Below, in pieces: positions 1 through 15,082 of a DNA stretch of 64,000 nt. The notes beneath the pieces were generated by a model. That model saw nothing but the letters and a program-made list of their open reading frames with translations. It did not search any database and was not told the DNA's origin. Made by a program: the position numbers and the translations under genes. Source of the DNA: Octopus vulgaris (lineage: Eukaryota); contig OX597815.1 of assembly GCA_951406725.2 (NCBI GenBank), positions 13,144,001 to 13,208,000 on the forward strand, in the 5' to 3' direction. Numbering within the stretch: the first letter of the stretch is position 1; each line of letters begins with the position of its first letter.

Positions 1-35
1 AGATTCCGAGTTCGATTCCAAGCAGTGACCTGAAT

Positions 36-234
<199 letters not shown>

Positions 235-336
235 GAGAGAAGCAGAAAGAGGAGAAAGAACCGTATGAAAACAGAAAGAACCGTATGAAATCAGAAGATG
301 TAGCATAAGGTACACAATTCATATGCGCCAGGATAT

Positions 337-800
337 GGATGCTGAAATCTCGATGGGAATAAGGGTAGGGTGGAAGGCACTTAACCCCAAAAATATGTTC
401 CCGAAGCAAAGCCAGGCAAAGCAATACGTGCCAGACTCTTCAATATCACCGTCCTACATGGACGTGAAAGATGGGTTACTACGAAGACACTAAAATGTTG
501 ACTGGCTGCAACGCCATGGGTTGTGGACAGATCCATGTCAAGAATATCATTAAGGGATCACATAGGAAATGAAACAATTGGAGAAGGGAAAAGGGTGAAT
601 GATGTGATCTCAGATAACCGTAAAGAGAAGCCCAGCCGGGATGGATATGTTACAAGACATGGAGCCGTGCAGTTTCTATTGTTATCAAAGAGATCGTAAA
701 CGGCCACTTAGGAGGCCTGCACGACAATGGCAAGAACATTTGGTGTAGTAATTCGGGTCAACATGGGAAAATATGAAGTACTCAAGAAAAAACTAAAAAG
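337..800 (+). mobile_element. Degenerate 3' part of an RTE/RTE-X-like LINE ORF
   Basis: Frameshifted translation gives DAEIS..IRVGWKA, IRARLFNITVL, ISLRDHIGNETI, RVNDVI and RKRPLRRPARQW, which resemble the post-RT C-terminus of RTE-clade elements. Confidence 0.65.
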
Positions 801-3760
801 CACATTCTGACCAGGTGTGTAACGACATCTGATGGCTTAGCCGATACTGAAATACAGCGATATATCTATCTATCTACTTGTATATGTGTTTGCGTGCATG
901 TGTGCGTGCGTGTGTGTGTGTGTGTGTGTATGTGTGTGTCCCTTTGTATGTATGCATTTATACATATGTGTGTGTTTATATATGTTACATAGATAAAGTA
1001 AGCTTTTGTAAGCGCACGTTAATTTGAGATGCATAGGCGCATTTAAGCACATGCTGAGGAATATACTGACAATCTCCCATCTTAACTTCAACGATGATGG
1101 CCAAGGAAAAACCGCTGCCTTTTATTCGATAGAGAATTATCTAACATGGTCAAGTTGCCTTTATTACAACATCCCAACACGTCTAGTTATATGAAAGATA
1201 TGATTAAATGCTAGAATGTGTTTTCCATTTCATTTCTTATTTTATTGGTAATAGTCATTCTCAAGTTTGATTTGGTGAACATGGATATTCTAACTATGGC
1301 CCTGACGACCAAACGAAATGACACATGATTTATCCATTAAAAATTGTGTTCAGAAGTCAAAAATTACTGTCAAAGAGTTACGAGATGACTCTGGTTCATA
1401 AAATTGGAAATGTTTAAAGGTATAATACAGATGATGGTTGTTCGTATGAGTAAAAGAAGGTGCCTCATTCGCAATAGAAAATACAGTTACTAAAATCATC
1501 TTTCATAAGTACTCAAACTATAAAGTTGAATGTGTAATATATATCAACAACGTATAAGGCCATCTTTCGGAGTTTACTACTGTATTTGTTGATTCTTCAG
1601 TTATCTTCAATTATTTTTGAGTTTCTTCAATTATTTACTAAATCTTAAGAACATAGTGTAGTAATCCTGAAAAGGTATCGATACATGTTTAGAAATAAAG
1701 ACGGAAAATTAAGAAATACTAGAAATAGCAAAACTTTTTCACCTCGACGAAGAGCAGCCGGAGGCGAACGATTTTTTCTGTTTATATTCCTGCAGTTTCC
1801 TTCTTCTAATGACACTATGAAACTTGGACATACATGATTGCTGCGATATCAACTGACGGCAAAGCTGAACGTAGAGCCTAAATGTTTTTTTCCCTATTTA
1901 TTGTTCTTAGCAGCAAGTTTTAGAAAAGAAATATCGAACCTTATCATTTATGGAATGCTAAAACTAGAGCATCTGCAGGCAACGTATTCGCACCGTATTT
2001 GAAGAATTCTCATAACAGGTAAAGTTATTTTTAAGTAGTTACGTTATTCCAACTAGAGAGTATCTTCTAGCTATGATGTAAAAATCTTAAGTATCCACAG
2101 TTAGTGTAACTGAAAGAATCAGAATTGTGCAAATCACTTTAATACAAACAAAATGTTTCAATCTGGCTACGATAATCCTATATATTTTATGTTGCTTTTG
2201 TTTATTTGCATGGGCTTACGCAGAAGTGTTCTTTAAAATTTCTATCTTCCAAAAAGTGAACTATCCATATTTTATACTGAATAAGAATGATATGAAAGCA
2301 ATATATTTTGAGACGATGTTTGGTTCAAAAAGTTGTTACATAACATCTAAGCTTGAAAATTCCAAGCATCGTTCCTGCAAAAATGGAAGTCCTAAAAAGG
2401 AAGATCACTGTTCGTTAGGGGAATTCGTTCAATTTGTCACTAATTGATAGTACGAAAAAATTCAATTTGTTGGAAAAGAATTTTAAAAAAATAAATAAAT
2501 GACAAACTGCATTTTTTAATTAGAAAATGTGAATCTTACCATCTTAAAAACATTAGCAGGATCTAGGGTATCAGATGCTTTACTTAATCCTATTGCCACA
2601 CAAATAATTGTCAGGAGTCTTAATGGAAATTCGTTAATGTATCACTTATACATCATTTTATGAGATTAAATCCTTCTAAGTCGATAATTTATTGTAATGA
2701 CATTCGTTGTCTGAACACACATCGGTTGTCATCCATCCTTAAACCACAATTAGTTATAACAACTCTCCTTCTTGAAAAATTATTTTCATCCTGGGTAGCA
2801 TTGAAAACGAAGAAAATAATTCACATAAGCGTATCGATTCGGATAAGGAATTTGAACTTCACTGGAGTAAATGAACATTCTAGTCATGGGGGATTAATTA
2901 TTTTACATGTTAGAAAACATTTTTCCATGTAACAAACTTACATTTGTACACTGCTTGTATACGAATTTTGCAATATGGAAACTGAAAAAAACATTTTCAT
3001 ATTTTGTGCGAATTCCTGCGTGAATTAGGAAACGACAGCAAATAAATTCTTATATTTTATTTCCTTTCTTCAGTCTTTCTATTTCTTCTCTCTCTCGCAG
3101 TTTACTTTGTATAAATCTAAGATAATAAAAATTTGAATAATATAAACTGTTTTGAATTTGGTTAATACTATATATTTAACCAATTAACACAATTTATTAG
3201 TAACAAAAGTAGAGAGATAGGTGTGAGATAAACATATCTAAATGATTAATGAATTTGAGTCGCGATAGAATTAAATTTTGAAACATTTCCAAGGAGTGAT
3301 GGCACTGCCTTACAGCATGTCTTTCAAATATCTATTGTTTTGAGAAGCAGTTAAACAACGTTGGCATTGTTCATTGTGTTAGTGTAACATTTTTCAGTTG
3401 ATGTCGTAGAAAGTAAAAACTCAGAGTGATTGTTTAAAGCAACTATCTCTTCAGAAGAACTCTCTCATAAATCTATCTTAGAAATAAATGCTATAATGAA
3501 TACTTTCGAATGGACTCGGTGCCACATCACAAGCATTCTAGTCGCTTCGCATATAAAATATTTGGTTTCATGAGCAAATACTATGATAAAAAATAAAGCA
3601 AACCTCAGATTCTCCTGTTAATTATCTAAAAGTTTAAGAACTTACAGATAGTTTCAATATTCCAACGAAATTGCGAAAAAAAAAAATGGAATCATTAACG
3701 CTTCAGAGTATTTGCCGTTCTGTGAGATTTCTATCGTTTTTATGTATATATATATAGTCG

Positions 3761-4103
3761 CCTACACTCGCCTCCTTATGAGAGCTCAAAATCTCTCGTG
3801 GAAGCGCCATCCAACCAAAATGCAAATATATGGGAAACTACCACCTATGTCATCTCTTGTGAAAGGTAGGAGAGTCCAGTTTGCTGGACATTGTTGTAGA
3901 GCTGAAAAAGAGGTAATTTCTCCTCTTCTTCTCTGGAAGCCATCTACTCGCAATACCAGAGGACGCACACTCTCCTACCCTGATGTAATCTCCAGGGATA
4001 CAGGCATCCAGCAACAGGACCTCCGTAATGCCATGATGGACCGTGAAGTCTGGCGTAGCATGGTAAATTCCATTGTCTCGACCAAGGTCGAACAATGATG
4101 ATG
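3761..4103 (+). mobile_element. 5'-truncated RTE-like LINE 3' end with (TGA)n tail and 11-bp TSD
   Basis: Open frame YTRLLMRAQNLSWKRH...RRVQFAGHC...AMMDREVWR, then a TGATGATGA tail; ATATATAGTCG is repeated at 3750-3760 and 4104-4114. Confidence 0.85.
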
Positions 4104-6977
4104 ATATATAGTCGGAAATGCTCTCGCGTCTTGGTTTACGTAAAGTTGAGCATTACTACAGCAATATCCCTTGTATATAACAGTGGCTAATACTTAAACG
4201 TTATTACAAGTATTAATGGAAAAGCAAGGAAAATACTTGAGAGAAAAGCAAATAATTACAAAGCATTTTTTAAACATATATTCTCTCAGTTCTCTCATAA
4301 TTATCCAAAATTTGTATAGCGTACCTAAGCTTTTTGTATTAACACTCCGGAACACGAAATAATAAGATGCAAGATACAGTAGTCAAGATTTTGTTTTAAT
4401 TTGAAACACCGACCCAAAATACTACTGCAGTAATTGTTTTACTATCACTGTACTAATCAAACTGAAATAGAATTTACTACTAGAAGGAGTATTAATTTGA
4501 TAGTTGAAAGTGTTTTTGCATATGTTACTGAGAAATTGGTCGCTTGCTAAATAAATAGAAATGCGTTAAACTGTAATTTTAAAATTTCAAGAACTGTGCT
4601 ACATTAAATCTTAAAAACGGACGTTAATTGACTCGATTCTTTGTAGTATTCTAACGTTTGCTAATGGATATAAAGAAAGACGAAAAATTAGTTCTCTTAT
4701 ATACACATGAACATGTATTCTCATGTAGTTTCAGCTGCTCTACTCATTCTATACTAGATATTCTCTCCGAATCTACATGATGACGAAATCAAAATAACTC
4801 AAAATATCCATCACATTAAGTAAAACCCATGCTGCTTTGAATTAAGTGAGTAATTTTGGCGCTCAAATTTCTATATGCTTATCAAGCACTTTCTTTTTAA
4901 ACCAGTAAATTACACCACAGAGACTGTTTCAGTCTCAGAGAACCTCATGGCACAGTAGTATTTTCCTTAGATTTGTATTCTATATAAACCAGTCTAATTC
5001 TCTGACTTGTCCGCCGATTAATGCTTCGTCGACGCAAAGTATTTATCGGCTTTTTAGAACTAGTTACACATGCATATCTTCAACATTATCAAATGAATCT
5101 TCATACATCACACGCTTTTCTGTGTAACATTAGGTTCGAAGAGGATATTGTATGGCCCCGGTTCACATTGCGATTATATAAGCAAATGGAACGTTCTTCG
5201 TTAAAGTGATGCTTGATATCCATGGAGTTGGACACAGATTCGTTAATAGTATTATGCATAGCTAAATGATACTAAATTAGATTGTACCTTTTATTTAGAA
5301 AACCTTACTGTAACCTAAATGCATCTACTACGTAAATACATTACAATTTTAGAACTTTCTTGGTAGAGGATAAATTCATTGCACATATGGTTCGTTAATT
5401 TGCAATTATTTTGAGGGCGAGTGGAAATGAACATATATAGCGGTTTTGCCTGCAGGGGAATTGGCAAAGCAATGATTACCTGTCGTGAACGTTTCTGTAA
5501 ATGTGAATTATTCTCCATGGTGATTCAAGTACTTGTTGCAGTTTCATACGGATTGTTGAATGTCAGAAATGAATATTAATACATCAAAAAAAATTTTAGG
5601 ACCGAATCACAACTTGGATTTCTATAATTTCCTCAAGATATTCCATGATGATTTCTTTCTTCTAACGTTTCCATATACATAGTGTGTATATATCCAAATG
5701 GTAGAAAGAACTCCCAGGAAGAATTTAGTTATAATTTTAACAGGTCAACGAACTGCGTATAGATCTCTGCGTATGAACTTTACGCCATCGCATTTATAAT
5801 GGCCAGGTTCGTCTCGTCCATGTCGATCCTTCACCAACATTTGTACGACTACGTATCTGGCATAGCGCTGCATGATCATGAGCGATACGTGCTTAAACTA
5901 CGGAAACTAATTTATTAATATAAACGAGAATGAATAAAATATATATGATGACATTAATTGAAAGAGCTCACTGCATGTAGTAATGGCAGTATTTTTGAAA
6001 CGTATCCTATGTAAACGTAGTTGATTTTGAAGTGAAGTAAGAAGAAAGACCGCATAATAAATTTACATTGATATATCACCTTGTGTTGAGAAAGAAAGCA
6101 AAATGATATTCAACAACGTTCATATTTATTTCAAAAGCCAAATAAATGTAAACATTGTGAAATCTATAGAAATCGTTAATCAAATTGGATTGTAGTTTCA
6201 GAGAGCGCTGAGATAGAATCAAATATTTTATAGTTTTCGATTTTGATGTCTAAGAAAGTCGATGAATAATCTAAAATTGAAGGATATAGCATATGTGTGT
6301 ATTGCCTTGTCGTACATCAAATTTCTACAGATTTCTGCAGAAGTGCGATACACCATCTTAGATCTCAGTTAAATTTCATCGACCTATATAAAACCATGAG
6401 CGACGCTGATAGAAAAGCATTTTAACCATGAACAATGCAGAATATATTTTTTATGAAAAAAATTGGCACAATATATTTTTGATTAGTGTTTCATTATCTT
6501 AACAATTCTACAACTGTTAAATACATAATAAAACTGAAATATTTTATTGAATTTTTTTTTATATGGCAATATAAGAGTTCAAAAACACATTTTAAATACA
6601 GAATTGAGTATTAGGCCATGCTACGTTTTATTGTTTAGTGGTGCACATTGATTCATTTCTAGTAAACACAATCCACGATAATCTGATAGACGAATCTAGT
6701 CATTTCAAATTATTAAGTTGCTATTGTTAACGTGATTGTACATGTTGGCTTGACGTGCTGTAACCAGCACTGAAATATTTCTCCAAACCTCATCTACTCG
6801 CCATAAAAATAAGGACACCCTGCAATATATAGCCATTGTAATAGAAAAATACAACTTGATAGTGAAAGATTACTAAAATAGTGAATTGATTTCCAAAATA
6901 GCATTATTACATACAAGAAAATTTTACGCACATGTACAAACATACACACATATATACAGACTTAATAGAAATTAAAT

Positions 6978-7224
6978 ATGCCCTTTTAAAGCCTAGCCAT
7001 GCTCATGGACCCGGTTTCCCGATTGCTATAGCGTATGTGTTCCCTAGTTTGACGGAACGCCAGTCCATCGCAGCGTTACTCATTTTTGCCAGCTGAGTGG
7101 ACTGGAGCAACGTGAAATGAAGCGTTTTGAACAAGAACACAACACGTCGCCCAGTCTAGGAATCGAAACCACAATCTTACGATCATGATGCTGACACACT
7201 AACCACTAAGCCACGTGTCTCCAC
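6978..7224 (-). mobile_element. tRNA-derived SINE with Meta/V-like central domain
   Basis: On the minus strand: A box TGGCTTAGTGG, B box GGTTTCGATTCC, body CTCCAGTCCACTCAGCTG...GCGATGGACTGGCG. Imperfect TSD ATATACAGA(C/A)TTA at about 6952 and 7225. Confidence 0.8.
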
Positions 7225-7562
7225 ATATACAGAATTATGTACACACAAATTATAGATATATGTGTGTGTATATATGAATGTATGCTACTGAATTGATTCG
7301 TATAAACGATTAACCCAAATTTCATACAAAGAAAGTTCTCTAATTCAATTTTTGAAGCCATATAAAATTATTTTTTTATTCGACATTAGACAGTATATAT
7401 TTCATTTGACTTAAAATTAATTGATTATTTCTCTCCACGCTTTTTAGCGTAAGCTATAAATATCATAATTATATATTTCCACCATTTAATTAGAAGTTCC
7501 CTAACAATTGTATTTGTAAAATAATTTCAAGATGTGATACACGTGATCTACAAGAATTGTTT

Positions 7563-7699
7563 TCATGTATGTATGTATGTATGTATGTAGGTATGTATGT
7601 ATGCATGTATGCATGTAAGTATGTATGTATATATGTATGTATGTATGTATCTATCTATCTATCGATCTATGTATCTATGTATGTATGTATGTATGTATG

Positions 7700-7762
<63 letters not shown>
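7563..7762. repeat. Compound (ATGT)n/(ATCT)n microsatellite
   Basis: Direct reading. Confidence 0.95.
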
Positions 7763-7789
7763 CAGAGCCTCTGCCTCTGTGTGTATACA

Positions 7790-8340
7790 TTATTGAATGA
7801 GAGAGAGCAGTGCATGCCATAAAATTGACACTAGGGTAACATATACGAATCCTAGTATACCCATCATGACTACCTGTCTGCTAAGGGTATACCAGGCACA
7901 TGCATCACAACCACATGTGCGCGACATGGTGATCTCATATCAAGATAAACAGCGCATGATTTTGCAGTCAGGGTAGACCATCCCGCTCAAAAGCTCCCTA
8001 AATAAGGTTTGTTCAAGGATGTTGAATGAAACACTTATGTTTCCAGAGGGTAATTATCCGAACCTTCAAAAATTCCTCTCAACGCACGGCTATGATTCTC
8101 CCTCAGTACTTCTTCTCGTGATCAGAGTTGTACATATCGTCAGTCACAACGAGACATGCTCATCTGGTTAAGGTCAAACAACTGACAAGCAAATCTGTGG
8201 TATTGAGCAAATATTTGCTGTAGCCCATCTTTTATACGAAAACTAAACAATGCACATGATAACACTTTCTGTCAGTTAAGATCAGTAGCCATGAGACCTA
8301 CTGTCTTGCACTGCATTAGGGTTTATTATTATTATATTAT
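7790..8340. repeat. Probable interspersed repeat, unclassified
   Basis: Higher-GC block ending in (TTA)n. It resembles a repeat I recall from octopus genomes, but only one copy is in this window. Confidence 0.35.
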
Positions 8341-8399
8341 TTTAAAATGACTGATATAAATCTTCACCAAGGTAAACAGTCAAGACGAAGAGCACGATT

Positions 8400-9100
8400 C
8401 AATTGTACTAGATATTTTATTGGTTGAACGATATTTCGACTTTAAGTCTGTCTTTGCTGAGTTCAAAATATAAAGTGATAGAAATTAAAATTTAAAATAT
8501 GAACGAGAGAAACCATCGTCCACACGCTGATGGAATGACATCATTAGTCTTTAAGTTTCAATTTTATAACAGGCGAAAAGGGGACAAAAAGAAAGAGGAA
8601 AGAAAAAAGAAGAATATTTAATCAAACAGTTTTGTATGAATTTGATGGCATTCTGTTATTTTAATTATTCTTCCAGAGTGTAATGTTAATAACCCGAAAA
8701 CATATTTCTCCTCATTCAATATGAAATGTGAAAGTGAATCAGATTCAGAATAATTTCTGAGAATATGCACTTTCAACCCTTTTGCAAAATCGCAGCCGTT
8801 TGAAGCAAAAAGTTCAGCAGGTTAAGATGCCTGATGTCATATCTGTGCCCCATAAATCTTTTGTTTAATTGTTCTGTTGTACAACTATCATAAATCAAGT
8901 TGTGTTTCGTGCATTCTGCTACGTACGCCAGATTGGAATCTCTACATGCCCCACCTTCTGTAGAAATCATAACATTTCTGTTATGATTCTTGATGGAATT
9001 CACTTGACTCATATTGTTGCAAAATGAGCAGGGCTTACATATGTGCAGATATTCCAATGTTCGTTTTCTTGGAGTCAGAAGTAGAAGTCAATATTTCTCT
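8400..9100 (-). mobile_element. Penelope-like element 3' fragment: GIY-YIG endonuclease remnant plus pseudo-LTR end
   Basis: ORF 8773-9057 reads CKPCSFC...CRDSNLAYVAECTKHNLIYDSCTTEQLNKRFMGHRYDI (PLE endonuclease pattern). Downstream are a hammerhead-like junction (8424-8466) and AATAAA. Confidence 0.75.
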
Positions 9101-9603
9101 TATGTTCTTGTTCCGTCTAAAGTCTACAATACGCGACTGAGGAAGCATCTGTTCGAATCTCGGATATTTTTCCACCAGATTCTGATAACTTTCGTACAAC
9201 ACTTTTGAAATGCCAACGAAATTTAGTTGCCAGTGAATTATTAAATTGTGTCATCTATTGTATTTTGTTTGCTAAAATTATGCGTGAAGGTTTGACTGCC
9301 TTTGCTAATCTCAGCTATTCCATTTGCTATTTCCTTTAATTGTAATTCACTGTAACCACGCTTGACACAGATGTACAAAAGCATTTGCACTGCTTCCAAT
9401 AATCCAGTATATCAGTACAAGTCTGTTTTGTCCTCAAAAATCGGGGTTTCAGATTATACCAATATGATGTGGATGATCGGAGCACCGATGGAGATAAATG
9501 TGGGATGACGTGGGCTTGCAAAATAAGTCTGCCCCCAGAAAACTTAACTTTTGTGTCAAAAAATTCAACGCTAGTTGAAAATTATCCAAAAACATACAAT
9601 ATT

Positions 9604-10343
<740 letters not shown>

Positions 10344-10345
10344 TT

Positions 10346-10566
10346 TATGTGTTTGCGTTTGCCCCCCCCCAACATCACTTGACAACCGATGGTGGAATGT
10401 TTACGGCCAGGTAACTTAGCGGTTCGGCAAAATAGACCAAAAGAATATGTACTAGGCTTACAAAGAATAAGTCCTGGGGTCGATTTGCTCGACTAACGGC
10501 GGTGCGGTGCTCCAGCATGGCCACAGTCAAATAACTGAAACAATTAAAAGAGTAAAAGAGTAAAAG
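10346..10566 (+). mobile_element. 3' half of octopus-type tRNA/CORE-like SINE (family A)
   Basis: Matches the 3' halves of the copies at 22034 and 38964; (GTAAAAGA)n tail. Confidence 0.9.
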
Positions 10567-10574
10567 ATATATAT

Positions 10575-10862
10575 AGGATTTAAAAATAGGATCAAATCTT
10601 TATAAGAATTTATCAAGTAGTTAGCGGGAAAAACCTCATAAGAGAAAAAAAACCATCATTTTTTTCCCCTTTAAATGTATTCATTTTTATTTTATAGAGG
10701 TAATTATTACACATAAATGGCACACGCTAGGAAGGACTTTGAAGTCAAAACTACTAAACTAAACATATCGTACCGAAAAAAATGTCGAAGCAAATCATTT
10801 AAAAACAGATTTCGGTACGATAGGTTTATTTTAGTAGTTTTGACATCGAAAGTCCCTCCTAG
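10575..10862. mobile_element. Fold-back element, probably from a PLE pseudo-LTR (same family as 13025-13470)
   Basis: Homologous to 13025-13265; inverted arms at 10727-10778 and 10810-10862. Confidence 0.75.
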
Positions 10863-10864
10863 AG

Positions 10865-11050
10865 AAGGCAGGTGGTGTACAAAACAAACATATGTATTAG
10901 TATAACGGTCAGGAATAGGAAAAAGTATTTACGTTTTGAGACTACGCTTTTCTACAGAAAGGGACACAGAAAAAAACAAGGAGAGAAACAAGGAGAGAGA
11001 AAAAAGGAGAGAAAAATGTGTGTAGTGGCTAAGGATCTATCACGGCGGCT
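10865..11050 (-). mobile_element. PLE pseudo-LTR fragment (family of 23101 and 57641) with decayed hammerhead
   Basis: Aligns with 23140-23310 and 57670-57830; decayed motif CTGTAGA-A-AAGC..TCTC-AAAACGT at 10927-10961. Confidence 0.75.
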
Positions 11051-11070
11051 ATATATATATATATATATAT

Positions 11071-11157
<87 letters not shown>

Positions 11158-11178
11158 AATAGATAGATAGATAGATAG
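11051..11178. repeat. (TA)n(AGAT)n microsatellite
   Basis: Direct reading. Confidence 0.95.
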
Positions 11179-11256
11179 AAAGATATACATTTCAAAATGT
11201 GACCTCGCGATTTTTTTCCCTCTGTCTTCCCTTCTCTGGATCTTTCCTTCTCCTTT

Positions 11257-11291
11257 GCTTCCGACGAAGAGCTCCGCTGGAAACATTAAGC
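11257..11291 (+). ncRNA. Degenerate minimal hammerhead motif in a PLE-type end (element about 11190-11395)
   Basis: GCTT-CCGACGA-A-GAGC-tcc-GCTG-GAA-ACAT-T-AAGC: stem I GCTT/AAGC, core U4>C, one stem II mismatch. Confidence 0.55.
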
Positions 11292-11409
11292 CCTCCTTCT
11301 TTCCTTCTTTCCTGAGCGTCCAATAATGCTACATTTGTTCCACGTCCTCGCGTTGTTGTTTTTTTGTGCTTTCTTGTTTGGATTAACTTTATAGATATAC
11401 ATACACACA

Positions 11410-11463
<54 letters not shown>

Positions 11464-11744
11464 CATCTGTGTGTGTATGTGTGTGTGTGTATGTATCTAT
11501 ATATCGATCTATCTATGTGTGTATGTATATATATATATATATAAACATAATCAAATAGGGTAATAAAATGAATTATTATTACCAGTGGCCTAGCACAAAA
11601 GACGAATTAGTCCTTAGACTATATATTATTCATATAGAAATATAATAAAGGGCTTCCAAATAAGGAAGCGTAGTGCGAGAAACACAAAAAGGGATAAATT
11701 CATGAAAGGAATGACAATTAAAAACATTTACCATCTCAGCTATA

Positions 11745-11820
11745 TCCCAGACCGAACGGTTCTACCTATTTTCAGCAAACAAACAGAATATATTTGCCAA
11801 GGCAAGGTTCTTCAGTGGGA
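11745..11820 (-). ncRNA. Type I hammerhead motif with one core lesion
   Basis: TCCCA-CTGAAGA-ACCT...AGGT-AGA-ACCG-tt-CGGT-C-TGGGA. All three stems pair and the triplet is GUC, but GAA reads AGA. Confidence 0.7.
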
Positions 11821-12015
11821 AGCCTTCGTAATTCTAGAAGCACAGACTGTTAGAAGCACATGTAGATATAACGGTTTGTATATCCTAACTTTTCAAACCT
11901 CTGCGCAGACGCAAATCCTACCCGGCGACAGAGAGGATGCCGGTAAAAATTTTACGAACAAAATTTGTGTTTCTAACACTACGCTTCCTTGTTTGGAAGC
12001 CTTTTATTATGTTTA

Positions 12016-12058
<43 letters not shown>

Positions 12059-12061
12059 ATA

Positions 12062-12095
<34 letters not shown>

Positions 12096-12181
12096 CAACT
12101 GAAGCGTGGAAGATATTTGTAAGCCATTTAAGAACCCAAAACGATCACTAAATTCACTGCAGCGATTAAATTTGATTTGGG

Positions 12182-12224
12182 TCAACATATTTTCGGTGCT
12201 TTGAAACCGCGACATGTTCACTGA
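12182..12224 (-). ncRNA. Hammerhead-like motif with G3-C8 core (GTGAACA), degenerate
   Basis: TCA-GTGAACA-t-GTCGC...GCACC-GAA-AATATG-T-TGA; homologous to 13871-13917. Confidence 0.55.
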
Positions 12225-12280
12225 AATAACGCCATGCTGCATCTGAGAGCCTTACAGTTAGTTCATGATATATAGGTGTT

Positions 12281-12314
<34 letters not shown>

Positions 12315-12744
12315 TGTATGTATGTATATATGTATGTGTGTGTGTATGTATGTATGTATGTATGTACGTATATATGTACGTATGTATATATGCATGTATG
12401 TGTGTATGTGAGCATCTACGTATGCATAAGTGTACATGCGTTTGCATACATATGCGCACATATGTATGTATGTGTATATGCATGTACGAATGGGTATGTG
12501 TATATATAAAAGTATATATTATACATATACTTATATATGTGTGTGTATGTATGCATGTATGCATATACATATGTATATGTCTACGTAAGTTTCCAAAGGA
12601 AATTTATTTGAGTTTCACCGTTGTCTGTGACTGTAGAGACATATATGTGTAGATGGATAAAGGTATATATATGTATACTGTAAAATCATACGTATATATG
12701 TGTGTGTATATACGTGTTTATATGATTGTGTGTGGTTGTACATA

Positions 12745-12976
12745 TTTTTTTACTTGTTTCAGTCATTTGACTGCGGCCATGATGGAGCACCGCCTTCAGT
12801 CAAGCAAATCGACCCCGGGACTTATTCTTTGTAAGCTCAGTACTCATTATATCGGTCTCGTTTGCCGAACCGCCAAGTTACGGGGACGTAAACACACCAG
12901 CATCGGTTGTCAAGCAATGCTAGGGAGACCATGTGGTTGGTTAGCAAGCTACTTTCACACAGCCACTCCTGCGCCT
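12745..12976 (-). mobile_element. SINE family A copy with internal deletion
   Basis: The tRNA head (GGCGCAGGAGTGGCTGTGTG) joins directly to the 3' half near 12927. Confidence 0.88.
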
Positions 12977-13024
12977 ATGTATATGGTAGGTTTATATATA
13001 TATATATATATACATACATATATA

Positions 13025-13608
<584 letters not shown>

Positions 13609-13870
13609 CAAACTTCGACAGAATATGCCATATATACAACTTGAAGAGACACACATATCAGTATATACATATACACACATATGCAGACACGCCTACACAT
13701 TTATATACGTAAATACTCACATACATACATACATACATACATACATACATACATACATACATACATACATACATACATACATACATACATACGTACTACG
13801 TACATGCATTTATACGTACATTAACATATATATCATGAACTGTTACTTTCTCATTTGAAGCACAAAATTT

Positions 13871-13917
13871 TGTCAATGAACATGTCGCTGTTTCAAAGCG
13901 AGTAAAATATTTTGACA
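13871..13917 (+). ncRNA. Second copy of the G3-C8 hammerhead-like family, degenerate
   Basis: TGTCA-ATGAACA-tg-TCGCT...AGCGA-g-TAA-AATATT-T-TGACA: 5-bp stem I, 5-bp stem II, palindromic stem III; G3 and G12 are mutated. Confidence 0.55.
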
Positions 13918-14296
13918 CAAATTAAATTTAAATGTTGAAGTGAAAGCCGTTCTATATTAAAAACAGCATTAGATTCTTGAGCAGTTGGGTAATTTCTCCC
14001 TATTGTATGATATTGTTCCTAAGTTGATGTGACAAGCATTTTTAATCTAGCTATTTTGCGGATTACTTTATCCTGCAGCAAGCCTTTCAGAAGTATGAAC
14101 TTTTTATCCTTTTCACACTAAGACCTTCGAAGCTTCTTTCCCGACATCTTATACTGCAGGTCATTCCAACAGCCAGGCAAACCAGCATTCCTACACGATC
14201 GATATGTAGGAAAATTTGTGGCACTAAAAGTACAGCTGTTTTCTGCGAGCAACGTCATGTCTTGTTTTACAGATGTAAAGTGAGAAAGGTAATATA

Positions 14297-15082
14297 TTTA
14301 TTTCTTATTACCCACAAGGGGCTAAACACAGAGGGGACAAACAAGGACAGACGAAGGGATCAAGTCGATTACATCGACCCCAGTGCGTAACTGGTGCTTA
14401 TTTAATCGACCCCGAAAGGGTGAAAGGTAAAGTCGACCTCGGCGGAATTTGAACTCAGAACGTAGCGACAGACGAAATACCAATTTCTTTACTACCCGCA
14501 AGGAGCTAAACACAGAGAGGACAAACAAGGGCAGACAGAAGGATTAATTCGATTACATCGACTCCCGTGTGTAACTGGTACTTATTTAATCGACCCCGAA
14601 AGGGTGAAAGGCAAATTCGACCTCGGCGGAATTTGAAATCAGAACGTAGCAGCAGACGAAATACCTATTTCTTTACTACCCGCAAAAAGCTAAACACAGA
14701 GAGGGCAAACAAGGACAGACAGACGGATTAATTCGATTACATCGACTCCAGTGCGTAACTGGTACTTATTTAATCGACCCCGAAAGGGTGAAAGGCAAAG
14801 TCGACCTCGGCGGAATTTGAACTCGGAACGTAGCAGCAGACTAAATACCTATTTCTTTACTACCCGCAAGGGGCTAAACACAGAGAGGACAAACAAGGAC
14901 AGACAAACGGATTAAGTCGATTACATCGACCCCAGTGCGTAACTGGTACTTTTTTAATTGACCTCGAAAAGATGAAAGGCAAAGTCGACCTCGGCGGAGT
15001 TTGAACTCAGAGCGTAGCGGCAGACGAAATACTGCTATGCATTTCGCCCGACATGCTAATGTTTCTGCCAGCTCGCCGCCAA
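14297..15082 (-). mobile_element. Tetrameric tRNA-derived SINE (family B, Nin-like domain) with one head and one 15-bp TSD
   Basis: Four ~183-bp units. The head GGCGGCGAGCTGGCAGAAAC occurs only at the 15080 end. GAGAAAGGTAATATA is at 14282-14296 and 15083-15097. Confidence 0.92.

Noticed and set aside
1-35. B-box-like GAGTTCGATTCC as a tRNA gene
   Set aside because: Truncated by the window edge and followed by (TAA)n; more likely a SINE-like repeat, and no cloverleaf can be shown.
9336-9521. LKPRF / DILDYWK as a hAT transposase remnant
   Set aside because: Only two short motif resemblances with wrong spacing and no TIRs.
14297-15082. Regular ~183-bp array as a CRISPR or satellite
   Set aside because: There are no unique spacers; the units are SINE bodies with a tRNA head and TSD.
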